A stretch of 64,000 bases of DNA from Lama guanicoe (lineage: Eukaryota): assembly GCA_013239625.1 (NCBI GenBank), contig MU053557.1, forward strand, positions 2,882,123 through 2,946,122, written 5' to 3'. The translations under genes were made by a program, and so were the position numbers. A model generated the notes under the pieces. That model searched no databases and was not told the DNA's origin. It saw only the letters and a list, made by a program, of their open reading frames with translations. This document shows, one piece after another, positions 39,761-52,397 of the stretch; the first letter of the stretch is position 1, and each line of letters begins with the position of its first letter.

Positions 39761-41349
39761 ACTGAGCCCAGTGTGTTTTATAACAAAAAATGAAAAAGAG
39801 TTAATGGGGCTCCTGCTGAATGTGGGTTCCAGGGCTCACAACTAACATGCATTATCTCATTTAAGTCTTGCAGCATCCCCATGATACAGGATCTATTCTT
39901 TTTAGTACCTGCTCAAGGGTACACAACTGGTAACAGCAAATTCAACATCTTGCTCTCTGAACCACCACATATATAAGCATTATTAACTCACTTGAGTGTT
40001 CACTTCTAGGTTTAAATCATAGGCACCAACTAGATCTAAAATTTTACTAGTTCCTATTGTGGTCCTGGGCAAAGATACCACAGTGAGCTCTAGACCACAG
40101 GCAGCATTTTACTATGCGAGGTGGGTATGAAGACCTCCGGGTTGAAAGCAAAAACAAAACAAACAAGTGTGCAACAACAACAAAAAAGTCTGAGTTTAAA
40201 GATGAGGTTTAATTTTCACACTACAACTCTGTGGAAGGTTATGTTACTGAAGTTCTCCACTGGGGTGAAATGCCCTAGGGTGTTGGTTTGAGTATCAAAT
40301 CACCACTCCTCCATTTTATTACTTCTTAAAACGTCAAGGTACTCCCATGCTTAAAATCCTCTAATGGCTTCCCAGTGCATCCAGAATAAAACAAATTATT
40401 TGCCAGGGGTTGCAAGGCATCACCTGAACTTGATGCTGCTCCTCTCTGCCAACTCATCCTTCCCCCACTCACCACTCCAGTCATCCTGGTCTCCCTTCTG
40501 GTCATGTCAAGATTGCTACTGCCTCAGGACCTTTGCAATGACTCCTGGGTCTAAACAGTATTCCACTACGTCTTTTGAACCTGGCTTCTACTCATTATTT
40601 AGATTTCAATGCAAATGCCACCTCTTTAGAAAAGCCATCACAGAACAACCATCTCATATAGCATCCCCTATCACCTCACGCAGCCATGACCACATTACAT
40701 TTTCTATTCTTTAGACTTTGTCACCATCTGAAATTATCTTGTGTCTGTGAAAGCTGGCTTTTTAAATTATCTGCCGCACCCACTACAATGAGAGCTCTGT
40801 AACACCAGAGACCTTGGCTATTTTAAGAATTGCTGTTTTCAACACCTAGTGCCCAATATTTACCAAATAAGTGGAGGAATGAAATTCAATATTCTTACCC
40901 CTAAACATATGATTATAAAGGTAGCTACACTCTTAAAAAAAAGAGTTCAACCTAATAAATTAAAAATAAACACACTGGGGAAAAAAAGCATACTGCTTAC
41001 TTGAAACTTCAAGTACAAAACCAGGTACCACCCCACAGTGTCCATGTGCTTAATTATTTATTCTCAGCTTTTAAATTCTATTAACAAATAACACAGGCAG
41101 TAAGTGGGTTGATGCTGAGTTTGCTTAATGAGTAACATAAGAAGACAACAAAAGACAGATTATCTTCTCACACACCCAGACCCCAGCTTTAAGGCAGTCA
41201 GCCTAAAGAAGCTGGGCATTTGGCATTCCCTGAGTCAGACGTTCTCCAAAGACCTAGCCAATAAACCTTCACCCTTTGCCCAGTGGTAGCAACAGAACTG
41301 GGTAAGCCATATCTGCCTCTGCTTCCTGTAGTTAACGCTGTTGTTGGAC

Positions 41350-42150
41350 TACCTGGAATTGTGCCCCTATTCCTCACTGGAAAGCCCAGATTTTATTATG
41401 GCATCCTCTACTCAGAGAGGACCATCCTCTACCAAGCTCAGATGCAAGCCTGATCTGTGCAAGGTAGCTGGGCTAATCCCATCCTCCTTCTCAGTGTTAG
41501 TTTAGAACTGGGCCTGTGACTCAGACTGAGGCCAAGGGGACATCATTAGAAATTGCTTGGGAATATCTGGAAAAAATTGTTCTAAAAAAATGTCTTTTCA
41601 CTGGATATTGTTGTGTTTGAGTATAATGCCCTGAATGCCTACAGTTGTCTTGGGATGAAGCTGACATTCCAAGGACAGCAAACCAGAAAGATGGAGTGGA
41701 TCTCAGTCCTCCATGCTATACTTCAGCCAGGGAATTATTCAGCTCTGGGGGCTCCCTGCCTCAGGACTTATTAAGTGAAAAACTGGGTTACCGCTTAACT
41801 GGGCTCTTTACTTTTGACCTTGGTCCCTTACCATTTATTATTGACCTGCTATCAAAAAGAACATTCATATTATTTTTCATTATAAGTTACTACAAGATAT
41901 TGAATAGAGTTCCCTGTGCTATATAGTAGGTCCTTGCTGTTTATCTATTTTATAGACAGTAGTTTGTATCTGCTAATCCTGAACTCTCAATTTATCCCTC
42001 CCCCGCTTTCTGAAAAATATGAAAAAGAATATATACATCTGTGTGTGTGTTTGTATAATTGAATCACTATGCTGCACACCAGTGACTAATACAATACTAT
42101 AAAACAATTACACTTCAATTTTTAAAAAAGAGCATTTAATGACTATTCAG
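41350..42150 (+). mobile_element. MLT1-like MaLR LTR, interrupted near its 3' end by an L1
   Basis: Motifs cccagattttat, aatcccatcc, gtttagaactgggcctgtgactcag and ttgtcttgggatgaagctgac. Confidence 0.55.
41866..42124 (+). mobile_element. Short 5'-inverted L1 3' end
   Basis: 41866-42010 is antisense 3' UTR and 42011-42124 is the sense terminus. TSD aaaaagaacatt/aaaaagagcatt (41854-41865, 42125-42136). Confidence 0.82.
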
Positions 42151-43069
42151 GCAGCAGGTCAGGTCTTTATAACGGTCTCTAAGGCTCCTGTTCGTATCTG
42201 CCTGTCATCATCCTTCTGTCTCCATTTCTCACAACTTTTCCCTTTGGTCACTCAACTTTGGCCACATCAGCTTCACGTCTAGGTCTTGAACATACCAGGT
42301 AAGCTCTTGCCTCAGGGCATTTGCACCCACCATTACCTCCATCTGGACCTTTCCTCCTCAGATAACCACATGTTTTGATCTCTCACCTTCTTCATATCAT
42401 TGCTAAAATGTTATCTTTTGCCTGGGCATCTTGACCATCTTATTTGAAAGAGAAAACCCATAACCCGAGACCCTCTGTTGCTTTACTTTCCTCAGTTACA
42501 CTTATAATCTTGTATTTTATAGTCCACTTAATTATTTCATCTATTGTCTCTCTCCTTCACAGTAGGTACTTAGTAGCTATTTGCAGAACTAAGAAAGAGA
42601 TAATAATTCCTTTACTGTTCCAGATATTTGGAGATGAATTTTCCTGTTGCAGCTGGAGGCGTCCTGAGTGAAGGATTTCCCTTGAGCCGCCACATGACCA
42701 CTGCTGTGCATTTTCATGACAGTCAGCCGTGTTTAAATTCATAGTCAGTGCTTCTAGAACAGAGGCCTCCCCACCCCTAAAGACATCAATCTACGCTGTG
42801 TAGTGGAAAAGGAGCAGTAGAAAAATCGCTGGTGTAGGATTCAAAAGTTCGCCTTCTGGTCTCTCTGAGACCTTGGAAAGTTCAAATTTATCTCTGTCTG
42901 TCTTAATTTCTTCATCTCTATGAGGAATAACCTACTATCTGCAATATCCATGCTATCTCTTTTATACCTGCAATGTGGGTTCATAATACCTAGTCTATTC
43001 CGATGGGTGTTATAAAAAAAATGACACATATATGTTAAATGCAAAAAGTGCTATTTATCTATAATGGAT

Positions 43070-43717
43070 TTTTTTATGGTAGTTTATAATGTTGTGCTAA
43101 TTTCTGGTGTACAGCATAGTGTGATTCAGTTATATATACATATATATATATATTCTTTTCATATTTTTTTCATTATAGGCTATTACAAGGTGTTGAATAC
43201 ATTTCCCTGTGATGTACAGTAGGACTTTGTTGTTTACCTATTTTATATATAGTAGTTATTATCTGCAAATCCAAAAATCCTAATTTGTCTCTCCACCCCC
43301 CCCTCTTTCTTTCCCCACTGGTAACCATAAGTTTGTTTACTATCTCTGTGAGTCTGTTTCTGCTTTGTAAATAAGTCATTTGTGTCATTTTTTTAGATTC
43401 CACATCTAAGTGATATCATATGGTATTTGTCTTTCTCTTTCTGACTTATTTCACTTAGTATGATCATCTCCAGGTCCACCCAGGTTGCTGCAAATGGCAT
43501 TATTTCACTCTCTTTCTGGCTGAGTAGTATTCTTTTATATATATATATATGTATATATATTGTGGTATATATAATATATACAACTATATATATATGCCAC
43601 AGCTTCTTTATCCAGTCATCTGTCAATGGACATGTAGGTTGCTTCCATGTCTTGGATATTGTAAATAGTGCTGCTATGAACACTGGGGTGCAGGTGCATA
43701 TGTCTTTTTGAATTAGA
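43070..43717 (-). mobile_element. 5'-truncated L1
   Basis: Minus-strand translation MFIAALFTISKTWKQPTCPLTDDWIKKLW...IMPFAATWVDLEMIILSEISQ; flanks tataatggatt and tataattgatt. Confidence 0.9.
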
Positions 43718-46344
43718 TATAATTGATTATCTTAAATGAACTATCTTATTCTCCTTAAAATATCTGTTATTGTTGTATTAATGGCAATAGTGATTTTTTT
43801 CTTTTGGTTTGTTGACATTTACTACTTCCTGAAGGCTTTATTCATTCAATAAGCATTCACTGAGCCACTAGTAGGTGTCAGGTGACTTTCCAGGAGCGCT
43901 CGCTCTACCACCCTGGTTAAGAACACAAACTCTGAGGTCATACAGGTGTATTACTGAGATAGGTTGTTAAACTTTCTGAGCCTCAATTTCCTCCACTGTA
44001 AAATGAGGTTAAGTTGCCCCACATCTTATTGTTCTAGCAAAAATTAATATATCAAACATTATTATTACAGAATCTTGCCCAGTGAGGTCTGATTAAATAG
44101 AATTATTATTACTACTCTCCCATGGCCAGGTATCATGTAGTACTTTTAAAGATCTGATTAAGTAAGCCCTTCAGCATGATCTCAAGATAGTCCAGGGACA
44201 ATGAGTAATCTGCCTAAAGGAAGAGCTGAACCCTAAATAAAACTTGGGTCTATGTGTCTCAAAAGCCTGTCTAACTCCTATTCTGCCCTTGAGTCTCAGA
44301 CTGGCTGCCAGTTACTCCAGCGATCCTTCCTGGCTCCCTCTGCCACCCTACTGGAGGTTAAGTTGGGTGGCTTATGCTTTTTTCTAGCACTTTTCACACT
44401 CATCCTGGATTGCAATGGACAACCCCTTGCTGATAGCTCTTGGAAGAGTGTAAACTGCTTAAGCAAGGGGAGCAACGGTGCCTTGCTCACCCAGCCAGGC
44501 ACACAGTAGGTGTGCCATAAATGCTTGTTGATTAAACACATTTAAAGTGACGGGCATTAGGGCAGGGGTGAAGTGGACAGCTGTGGAGCTTCTTCTCACT
44601 TGTTGGCTTGGCAATGTTTAATTACCTAATGCTTCAGAGGGAACAGGATGTTTGACCTCAGTGCTGTGTGGAGAACCCGCTTTTCTTCCCCCCACCAGAG
44701 CCCTGCAAGCTTCCAGCAAGTCCACTTCTCACCAAGCTGCCTTCAGAGCATGGCAAGCCCACAGCTCTCCTGCGTCAACACATCCTCCATCACAGCTGCG
44801 AAAAATGCTTTCATCTCCTGGCGACTTGTTCATAATCATACCAATTTTGCTCCTAGCAGATTGGAGCCCAGAACAAAGTACAGTCGCTTAGGAAATCCCT
44901 TTGTAGATGACTGGATGCAGAGAGGAGATTCAGGCTTCCTTTTGACACACAGAGGAGAGGTTTTTACTCCCTTCGGTGCCTGGGGCAGAGAACTGGGACT
45001 GCACAGCAACCTCGTATTTATTGGCATTCTGATTTCCTTTCAAAAGCTCAGAGTGCGCTCTGATATTCTCTGCTCTCACAATAGCCCTCTGATATCAGGA
45101 AAGAACAAACAGAATCTCTCAGTGTGTCTCTTGGATCAACTGAGGTTAGAATTATTCGGGATGCCTGTGAAATTTGCAAGCTGTTTGACTCCACCCCAGA
45201 CTTTCTGAACCAGAATCTCTAAGGGTCGGACCTGGGAATGTGCATTTTAACACCCTCCTCAGATGATTCACATGCACAATAAGGTTTGAAAATCATTCAG
45301 TGATTCATTTAAGGTCACTAACTTGGGTAGCTGAGCCCAGCCTAAAATTAGAGACAATCTGACTCCAGATTAGTGCCTAATTAATGGCCCCGTGTTGGTG
45401 GCTTGAGGTTGTTGGTTCAGAAAGCTCTGTCCAAAAATGAGAGCTCTTTTTCCCGAAAGGGGAGTTTTTATCACAGCTACCACTGCACCCTATATCCAGA
45501 AGTGGGAAGAGCAGGCAAGCGGGGCTCCATTTTATACCTTTTAGGCTCAGATATGTGAGGTGATGTAACAATTGCCCTGTGCCGTTTATGTGGCATAAGC
45601 ATCTGAGAAAGGTTATTTGTCATTCCATAAAATGAGGTCATAGTCTTTATACTGCTTTGAGATAGTGCAATCAGTATTGTTCTTTTTGGGTGATAGCAAA
45701 GATTCATAATGACTGAAAAGAAGCTGAAAAGTCCTTTCTACGACTCCCACATTTCTCAAACATCAATGCAAAGATCTGATATTCCTGCAAATGCTGTAGG
45801 TAGAGGACTGCTCTTTGCTAGGAAGGTATTCACAGTCATCAGTCCTTAGTTTAGGGTGGATTGAATGCATCTCACATCAGCAGCCAAACTGATATTTTTC
45901 TCTCATTAGGAAACTGAATCAATAGACTCAGCCTCCTCCTTCCCTCCATGTGAGTCATCTTTTCAGAGGCAGGGGCAGGAAAGAACATTATGCCCATGGA
46001 GCAGCACAGAATAAACATCACATTTATTTCCCATGAATAAGATGAAGTGACCTACACTGACAGATATTGAAGAACTGCAGGAGGAGAAACAAAAATAGCC
46101 TAGAATTATAGTATCAGAAAGAAAATGGTTATATGCTATCTCTTAGGGGAAAAAAAAAGTCAGGTAATTCTGACTTCTTCTCATGCACAGACTCACACAC
46201 AAAATCTCAGGAAATTGTGTCCTGTCTAGCGTGGGCAATTTCTAGTATGTTCTATGATGACATGGTGTAAAACTTCGTGAGATGAAATCACGCATTCTAG
46301 GAAATGCCATGCCAGGTGAGTCAAACACAAGAATTGCACATGGG

Positions 46345-47227
46345 ACAAGAAAACATGCTCAATATCACTAATTATCAGAGAAATGCAAATCAAAACTACA
46401 GTGAGGTATCACCTCACACCAGTCAGAATGGCCATCATTCAAAAGTCCGCAAATGATAAATGCTGGAGAGGCTGTGGAGAAAAGGGAACCCTCCTACACT
46501 GCTGGTGGGAACCCTCCTACACTGGCTGGTGCAGCCACTGTGGAAAACAGTACGGAGATTCCTCAAAAGACTAGGAATAGACTTACCATATGACCCAGTC
46601 ATCCTGCTCATGGGCATACAGCCAGAAGGAACCCTACTTCAAAAAGACACCTGTACCTCAATGTTCATAGCAGCACTATTTACAATAGCCAAGACACGGA
46701 AACAGCCTAAATGTCCATCAACAGATGACTGGATAAAGAAGCTGTGGTATATTTATACAATGGAATATTATTCAGCCATAAAAATGACAACATAACGCCA
46801 TTTGCAGCAACATGGATGTCCCTGGAGAATGTCAATCTAAGTGAAGTAAGCCAGAAAGAGAAAGAAAAATACCATATGAGATCACTCATATGTGGAATCT
46901 GAAAAAAAAAGAACATAAATACAAAATAGAAACAGACTCACAGACATAGAATACAAACTTGTGGTTGCCAAGGGGGAGGGGGGTGGGAAGGGACAGACTG
47001 GGAGTTCCAAATTTGTAGATACTGACAGGCATATGTAGAATAGATAAACAAGATTATACTGTATAGCACAGGGAAATATATACAAGATTTTGTGGTAGCT
47101 CACAGTGAAAAAAAATGTGACAATGACTATATATATGTTCATGTGTAACTGAAAAATTGTGCTCTACACTGGAATTTGACACAGCATTTTAAAATGACTG
47201 TAACTCAATAAAAAAAGTTAAAAAAAA
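46345..47227 (+). mobile_element. 5'-truncated young L1 with poly(A)
   Basis: Exact 16-bp TSD aagaattgcacatggg (46329-46344, 47228-47243) and ORF2 C-terminal peptide [19 protein letters not shown]...[17 protein letters not shown]. Confidence 0.95.
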
Positions 47228-47571
47228 AAGAATTGCACATGGGGCATCTTTGAAAGTGCACGCATCTTCCCAGAACCAGACTAAGTGAACAATGCTTAGA
47301 TGGCATCCTGACCACCAGCAGAACAGTGAAAACTTCTGTCCATCGATGAGTTGTTCGTCAACACAGTCTGCAAGACGTGTATGATTCCATCCAGCCCAAT
47401 GATTCCAAATGCCATCTATGCACGAATGCTGCCTTAGTTCCTATTTCTATCTCCCATTCTCTCTCTGAAAAGCCACATTCATAGGCACAACTTCCTTCTT
47501 GGTATCTACACCTGAGTATCTTATAACCATTTCACACACAGGCTCAAAATGAAGCTCATGAGTTTTGTCCC

Positions 47572-48085
47572 TGAAGGAGTTCAGGACATACTACCCCAAA
47601 ATATCCTGCCTTCGTATATATTGTTTTGAACTGAAGACACTTGAAACAATAGGAAATGCACGGAGCAGTTCTCTCTGAATCCCCCTTATCTGCCTAAAGA
47701 TGGAACTCAGTGGCCATGAATCCCTTCCCTGGGAATTTCATCCACCAGGGAAGATTAACTCTCATCTCAGGAGAGAAGACTAGAAGGAGACACCCCACCC
47801 AGACAAACCTGGTCACAAACTATCATCTCTTACAGCTTTTCTTCTAAGGGCCTATTCATCTTTCCTAAACATGAGAGGCTTGTATCCTTCCTTCCTCCCC
47901 TTCCCCTATTAAGCTGTACGCAAGCTCTCAAATCTCACTGTTTTTGAGTATTCACTTTTTTCCTGCATGGCCTCCATGCCCATAATATTAAAAATTAATG
48001 CATCTATATACATTTTCTTCCATTAATCTGCCAGATGTCAGTTTATTTCATAGACCCAGCTACTGAACCCAGGAGGGGAGACAGA
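47572..48085 (+). mobile_element. MER34-like ERV1 LTR within an L2 relic
   Basis: Start tgaaggagttcaggacatactaccccaaaatat and 3' ttaatctgcc...gtcagtttatttcatagacccagc. Confidence 0.7.
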
Positions 48086-51000
48086 ATCCTCAAATCTGCC
48101 TCTTTGCCAGGTTTCCCAGTCTCTGTAACTCAGCCCACAAACTACCCAATCGCTCAAGGCCAAATCTAGAAGCTGTCTTAATTCTCCACTTAACCTCTTC
48201 CCTAAAATCCAGTCCCTTTCCTTCCAAATATATCCTGAGTCTCTTCTTTTCTCCTCATCTGCAACTCCTCCCCTCTAATTAAGCCACGTTGCCTCTCATC
48301 AGAATTCTGATAAGAATTATTTCAACAGTGTTAATTTCATCTTTAAAATCCTGCAATGGTAAGGTGTTCCACTATTCTCAAAATAAAGCCCAGCCTCTGT
48401 GACGTGACTCAAAGGTTCTACCTGACCCAGCCCCTGCCTGCCTCTCTGCCTCTTTTCAGACACAGCTTGCTGCCACCAACTCTAGCCACAATGGGCTCTT
48501 GTATGTGCTTTGAAAACATCACCTTTTGTCCTGGCACTGGGCCTGTACATGCACTTGTTTTATTAGTACCTATAATGACCAAGGCATGGTTCTTTGAATG
48601 CTGGAACATGTCCATCTTTCAGGCCTTGGCTCAGGTGCCACCTCCTCAGAGAGGCCTTCCCTAATGCCCCACAGTGAAGTGACCTCCTCCAGGAACTCCC
48701 TCATGCCATCCTGCTTATATCTTTCTTACTGTTCATCAAAACCACAAGTGACCTTCTATTTTTCTACCTTTTTTAATTGGCCAAGTCTTTCATTATAAAA
48801 TGATTTTTTTTTACATCGTGCAGCTCATTCACCTGGCCCACAGCAGCCATGCAATAATTACCTATTAAATATTTGAATGAATGAGTGAATAAATGAATTT
48901 GAGCGCTATTCATACCTTACCAAAAATTCAGTTTCATCACCACTGTCTGAAAAGAGCTGACTTCAGTTAGGTCTTTGCAGCACAGCAATAATTTTCCAAG
49001 CCTCAGCAATACCAGGTGGCACCATGTGGCACAGGATATAGAGTATCATTTACTGTCCCTCCAGCAACCCACAACCTGGATCTCACCTACCTTTCCAGTT
49101 TAATCTTTCACTTTGATTCTGCAGGTTCTCTATGCCCCAGTAAAATAGAATCCTTCCTCTTTCTAAGCATATAAACCTCAGGACCTTTGCACATACTATT
49201 CCCATCACTTCAACTTCCTTCCTCTTAGTGTCTCATAATTTCTGTTTCCTGAAATCCTCTGAGCACTTGAGTAGTCAAAGAAGTATCAGTTATATAAATG
49301 TATCAAATCAACAGGTTGGACAGGTTAAACTTACAAATCTATGTCAGTTATATCTCAATTTTTAAAAAGAAGAAAGTGTCAATGAAATGGACACAGTAAA
49401 TCAAATTTTTAAATGCTTTCATTTGGAGAGCTTGGAAAATGGGCACTGGTATGTGTTGATAGTGGATTTGTAAGTCATTAGTTCCTCTAAAGGCCTACTG
49501 ATACTTAACAGTTTTAAAAATCTTAAAATATAGCTCTATAAACCTTAATGAAGGAATTCTATTTTTGAGAATGTAGCTTAATGATATAATCATAGTAATT
49601 TATCATAATTATTGAACATTTCCTATGTGCTGTGTTGTTTAAAATGTCTAATTATACTCCTACAGTAGTTCCTCAGGGTAAATTTTGTTATCCCATTTTT
49701 ACATATCGGGAAATGAAATCATGAAAAATTTGAGGAAACTTGCTTTGTGCCAATGAGAAGTGAGGCCAAATTCTGAACCAGGTATTTTATTGTAGAACAT
49801 ACGCTCTTAATCACTCTACCACATAGCTTTTCCTAAATAAACACAGAGCAGCTCTTAGGGATGTCCATAACAGTGGTATTATAAATCTTGAAAATTTGGG
49901 TAAATTAGGGCATCCCTACTGTTCATAATACGAAAGATGATCACTCTATATGGTTGGGTGAAAACATCTATTTACAAAATAGTATTTCCATTATGACTCC
50001 ACTTTAGTAAAAATAAATATTGTGTTGATTTTGTTTATTATATACTAACCCGTCCCCTTCACAATATCTTGTTTGTTAATTGAATCAATTGATGAGTATA
50101 TACATAGTCAAGAGGTTAGAAAAATATACCACAAACACTTAGTGGCGCTGATCTGTGGAATTATGTACAATATTTATTTTCTGATTTTTTTTGTTATATT
50201 TAAAGTTATCTACACTGAGAACAAAGTTTTAGTAATCAGAAAGGAAAAAGAATAAATGTTACATTTTAATTATATTGAATTTCTAAAAATGAATTATAGC
50301 AAGGTTGTAGATAAATATCTCTTCCAAAGTACTCAAAATAATTTTTACTTAAATAATTTTTCACTCTGAATTAAACTGCTATAGAATGACCCAAAAGTTC
50401 ACATGCATTCATGGATGTTAGTTTCCACATTCAAGTTCATTCTGTCAACGTTTCACTTCCTTATTCACGGATATGAGTTTTAGACCTTACACCACATCTG
50501 GTGTCTATCCCTACTACCAATTGAGTACCTCTGTTTCTGGCAACCCTGACTGCATTCTACTAAGACAGCTAAAACTTGATTTCAAACGCCCAGAAGTGCT
50601 ATTCCAGTTCCTTCTAATTGCCTATCACTCAGCTATTTTGAAATGCAGACATCCTTTGGGATGTTTCCCCACTCAGGCTTGTAAGGAAAGAAATGAAGAG
50701 AATTAAAAACAGGTTCTTCAGGAGGAGGTAAAGGGCCTGGAATAGCACACTCTCCTGAGAGCCAGAAAGACAATTACATGCTGGCATTGGGACTCAGTGT
50801 ACCCACAATTAATATTCAAGTCAGATTTGAATGCTTCCTTTTCCTCATGTGCTTCATGATAGTGGCAAGTCATCTTCCACACAGAACAGAAGGATGAGAC
50901 TAATGTCTGACCATCTTGAAGTGTTTGCTTTCAGAAATCTGCAGAGCTGATAGCGCCCCCCCCACCATGAAACGAGACTTGCCTAGTTTCGCCCCTCTCT

Positions 51001-51249
51001 CTGCAAATCTGTTTCACTGAAAAGTTCATTTCAGTGCTGCCTCATTGGTGGGAATAAAAAAAGCTTCAACAACAACAACAACAAAAAGCCTTAAAAGAAA
51101 TGACTAAATCCATTTCTAGCTCAGAATGCTATTCAGGGATATGTGGGGACTTACATGAATGCAAAGATGAACATTTCTGATCTGGAAGCAGCACAAACCC
51201 CAGGAAGGCGAGGAAAAGGGTAGGGGTGGGTAGCAGAGCTTTCTCCTAC

Positions 51250-51327
51250 CTTCCGTGGCTCCAATCTCGATAGTGCCCTTCACTTGGCTGAAGCACCATA
51301 GTGTGTCCTGGGTGAGAGCCCCCAGTC
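51250..51327 (-). CDS. PPP2R2B: PPP2R2B distal alternative coding exon (78 nt, phase 1-1), (G)LGALTQDTLWCFSQVKGTIEIGATE
   Basis: Branch-point-like TACCTAAC (A at 51357), pyrimidine-rich tract, acceptor TTGCAG| at 51328 and donor AAG|GTAGGA at 51249. WCFSQVKG is the hallmark N-terminal motif of B55 family members (PPP2R2A/PPP2R2D). Confidence 0.92.
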
Positions 51328-51446
51328 CTGCAAGCGACACAAGGAGACACTTCCGGTTAGGTAAGGCTCCCAGTTGTCCTTAAAAGACCAACACAGAAAG
51401 AAAAACAGAGTGTTATCTAGGCATTTCTAAAAGGAGACTTGCACAC

Positions 51447-51456
51447 CGGGTATCAT
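51447..51456 (-). CDS. PPP2R2B: PPP2R2B distal first exon, coding part ATG ATA CCC G (M-I-P-G), followed by a 119-nt intron
   Basis: ATG with -3 A and donor CCG|GTGTGC (weak). Splicing to 51327 gives MIPGLGALTQDTLWCFSQVKG..., resembling a human PPP2R2B isoform start I recall as MIPGIGTLTQDTLWCFSQVKGTIEIGTTE. Confidence 0.75.
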
Positions 51457-52050
51457 TCTGTCAGAGAGAAGAGCTTAGGGAGTCCGGGAGGATGGCTGGT
51501 CTGCAAGGACAGTGTTCTGCTGCAAATCACTGGTCTGTCTTCTCCATCTGATCATGCCAGGACCAGCCCGAGCTGGAGCAATCGGAGTTGTCGCTTCTCG
51601 GCCCCTGTCAGCGTCCTCCAGCAGTTACAGCACCCACCCTGTGTGACTGCCCCTTTTCATGGGAACACTAATGCTTTCCATTGTTTTCCTTCTGTGATGG
51701 TGCGGGGAGAAAGAGGGAGTTTGTTAAGAGGGCAGAGAGGAAAAGAAAGGCAACTTTTTTTTTAACCAGTTTCAAAGTTTTCATGGCTGAACAGCCAGTA
51801 AGGGGTCAGATGCTCAGAGAACTTCCATCTCTCTTGTTCCCTTCTTGACTGCTTGCCAAAGTCAGAGCTGAATGGAGAGAACTGGAAAGCAAAAAAGGTT
51901 GGAGAAGAGGGGCTGGGGGTGGTGGCTGCGGGGGGGTGGTGGCTGGAGAAGGAGGGTGGGGGTGGTGGCAGCTAATCCAGGGTTGATGAGTCAGTTCTGA
52001 CAAACACGGCCTATTTTGTTCTATGGGGATTTCTGTTCAAATTCAAATTG
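51457..52050 (-). promoter_or_regulatory. PPP2R2B: Putative distal PPP2R2B 5' UTR and promoter
   Basis: Unique sequence upstream of the MIP start, with a G-rich tract at about 51897-51968 and AP-1 site TGAGTCA at 51987-51993. Confidence 0.45.
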
Positions 52051-52397
52051 GACCTTGAATAGGGTTAAATTTTCTGGCTTATTATGACTTCTGGTTCCTA
52101 CAAACATATGTATCTAATACTCATGTATATACTAATAGATACAGAATACATTTGTTGAGATATATATTCAAGTCAAGGAGGCTCTTTCCAGAACATTTCC
52201 AGGTGGCAGGTGCCATTTCCAGTAATGGCTTACTTCTCAACAGCATGGATGTTCCCTTCAATTCTACTAGGTTCTACAATTAAGGGGAATAGTGCATAGT
52301 CAAATTACGAGAGAGGCTATCAATTTAAGTATAATTATATCAGCAGAAAAAGTCAAATATCAAAACTAAATGACCTTTAAAAAACACACACAAGGTT

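Noticed and set aside
50950..50967. CTCF-like TAGCGCCCCC
   Set aside because: Only half of the core motif matches.
51328..51340. ORF-track start MSLA for the WCFSQVKG ORF
   Set aside because: It is a GTG within the polypyrimidine tract/acceptor, not a real start.
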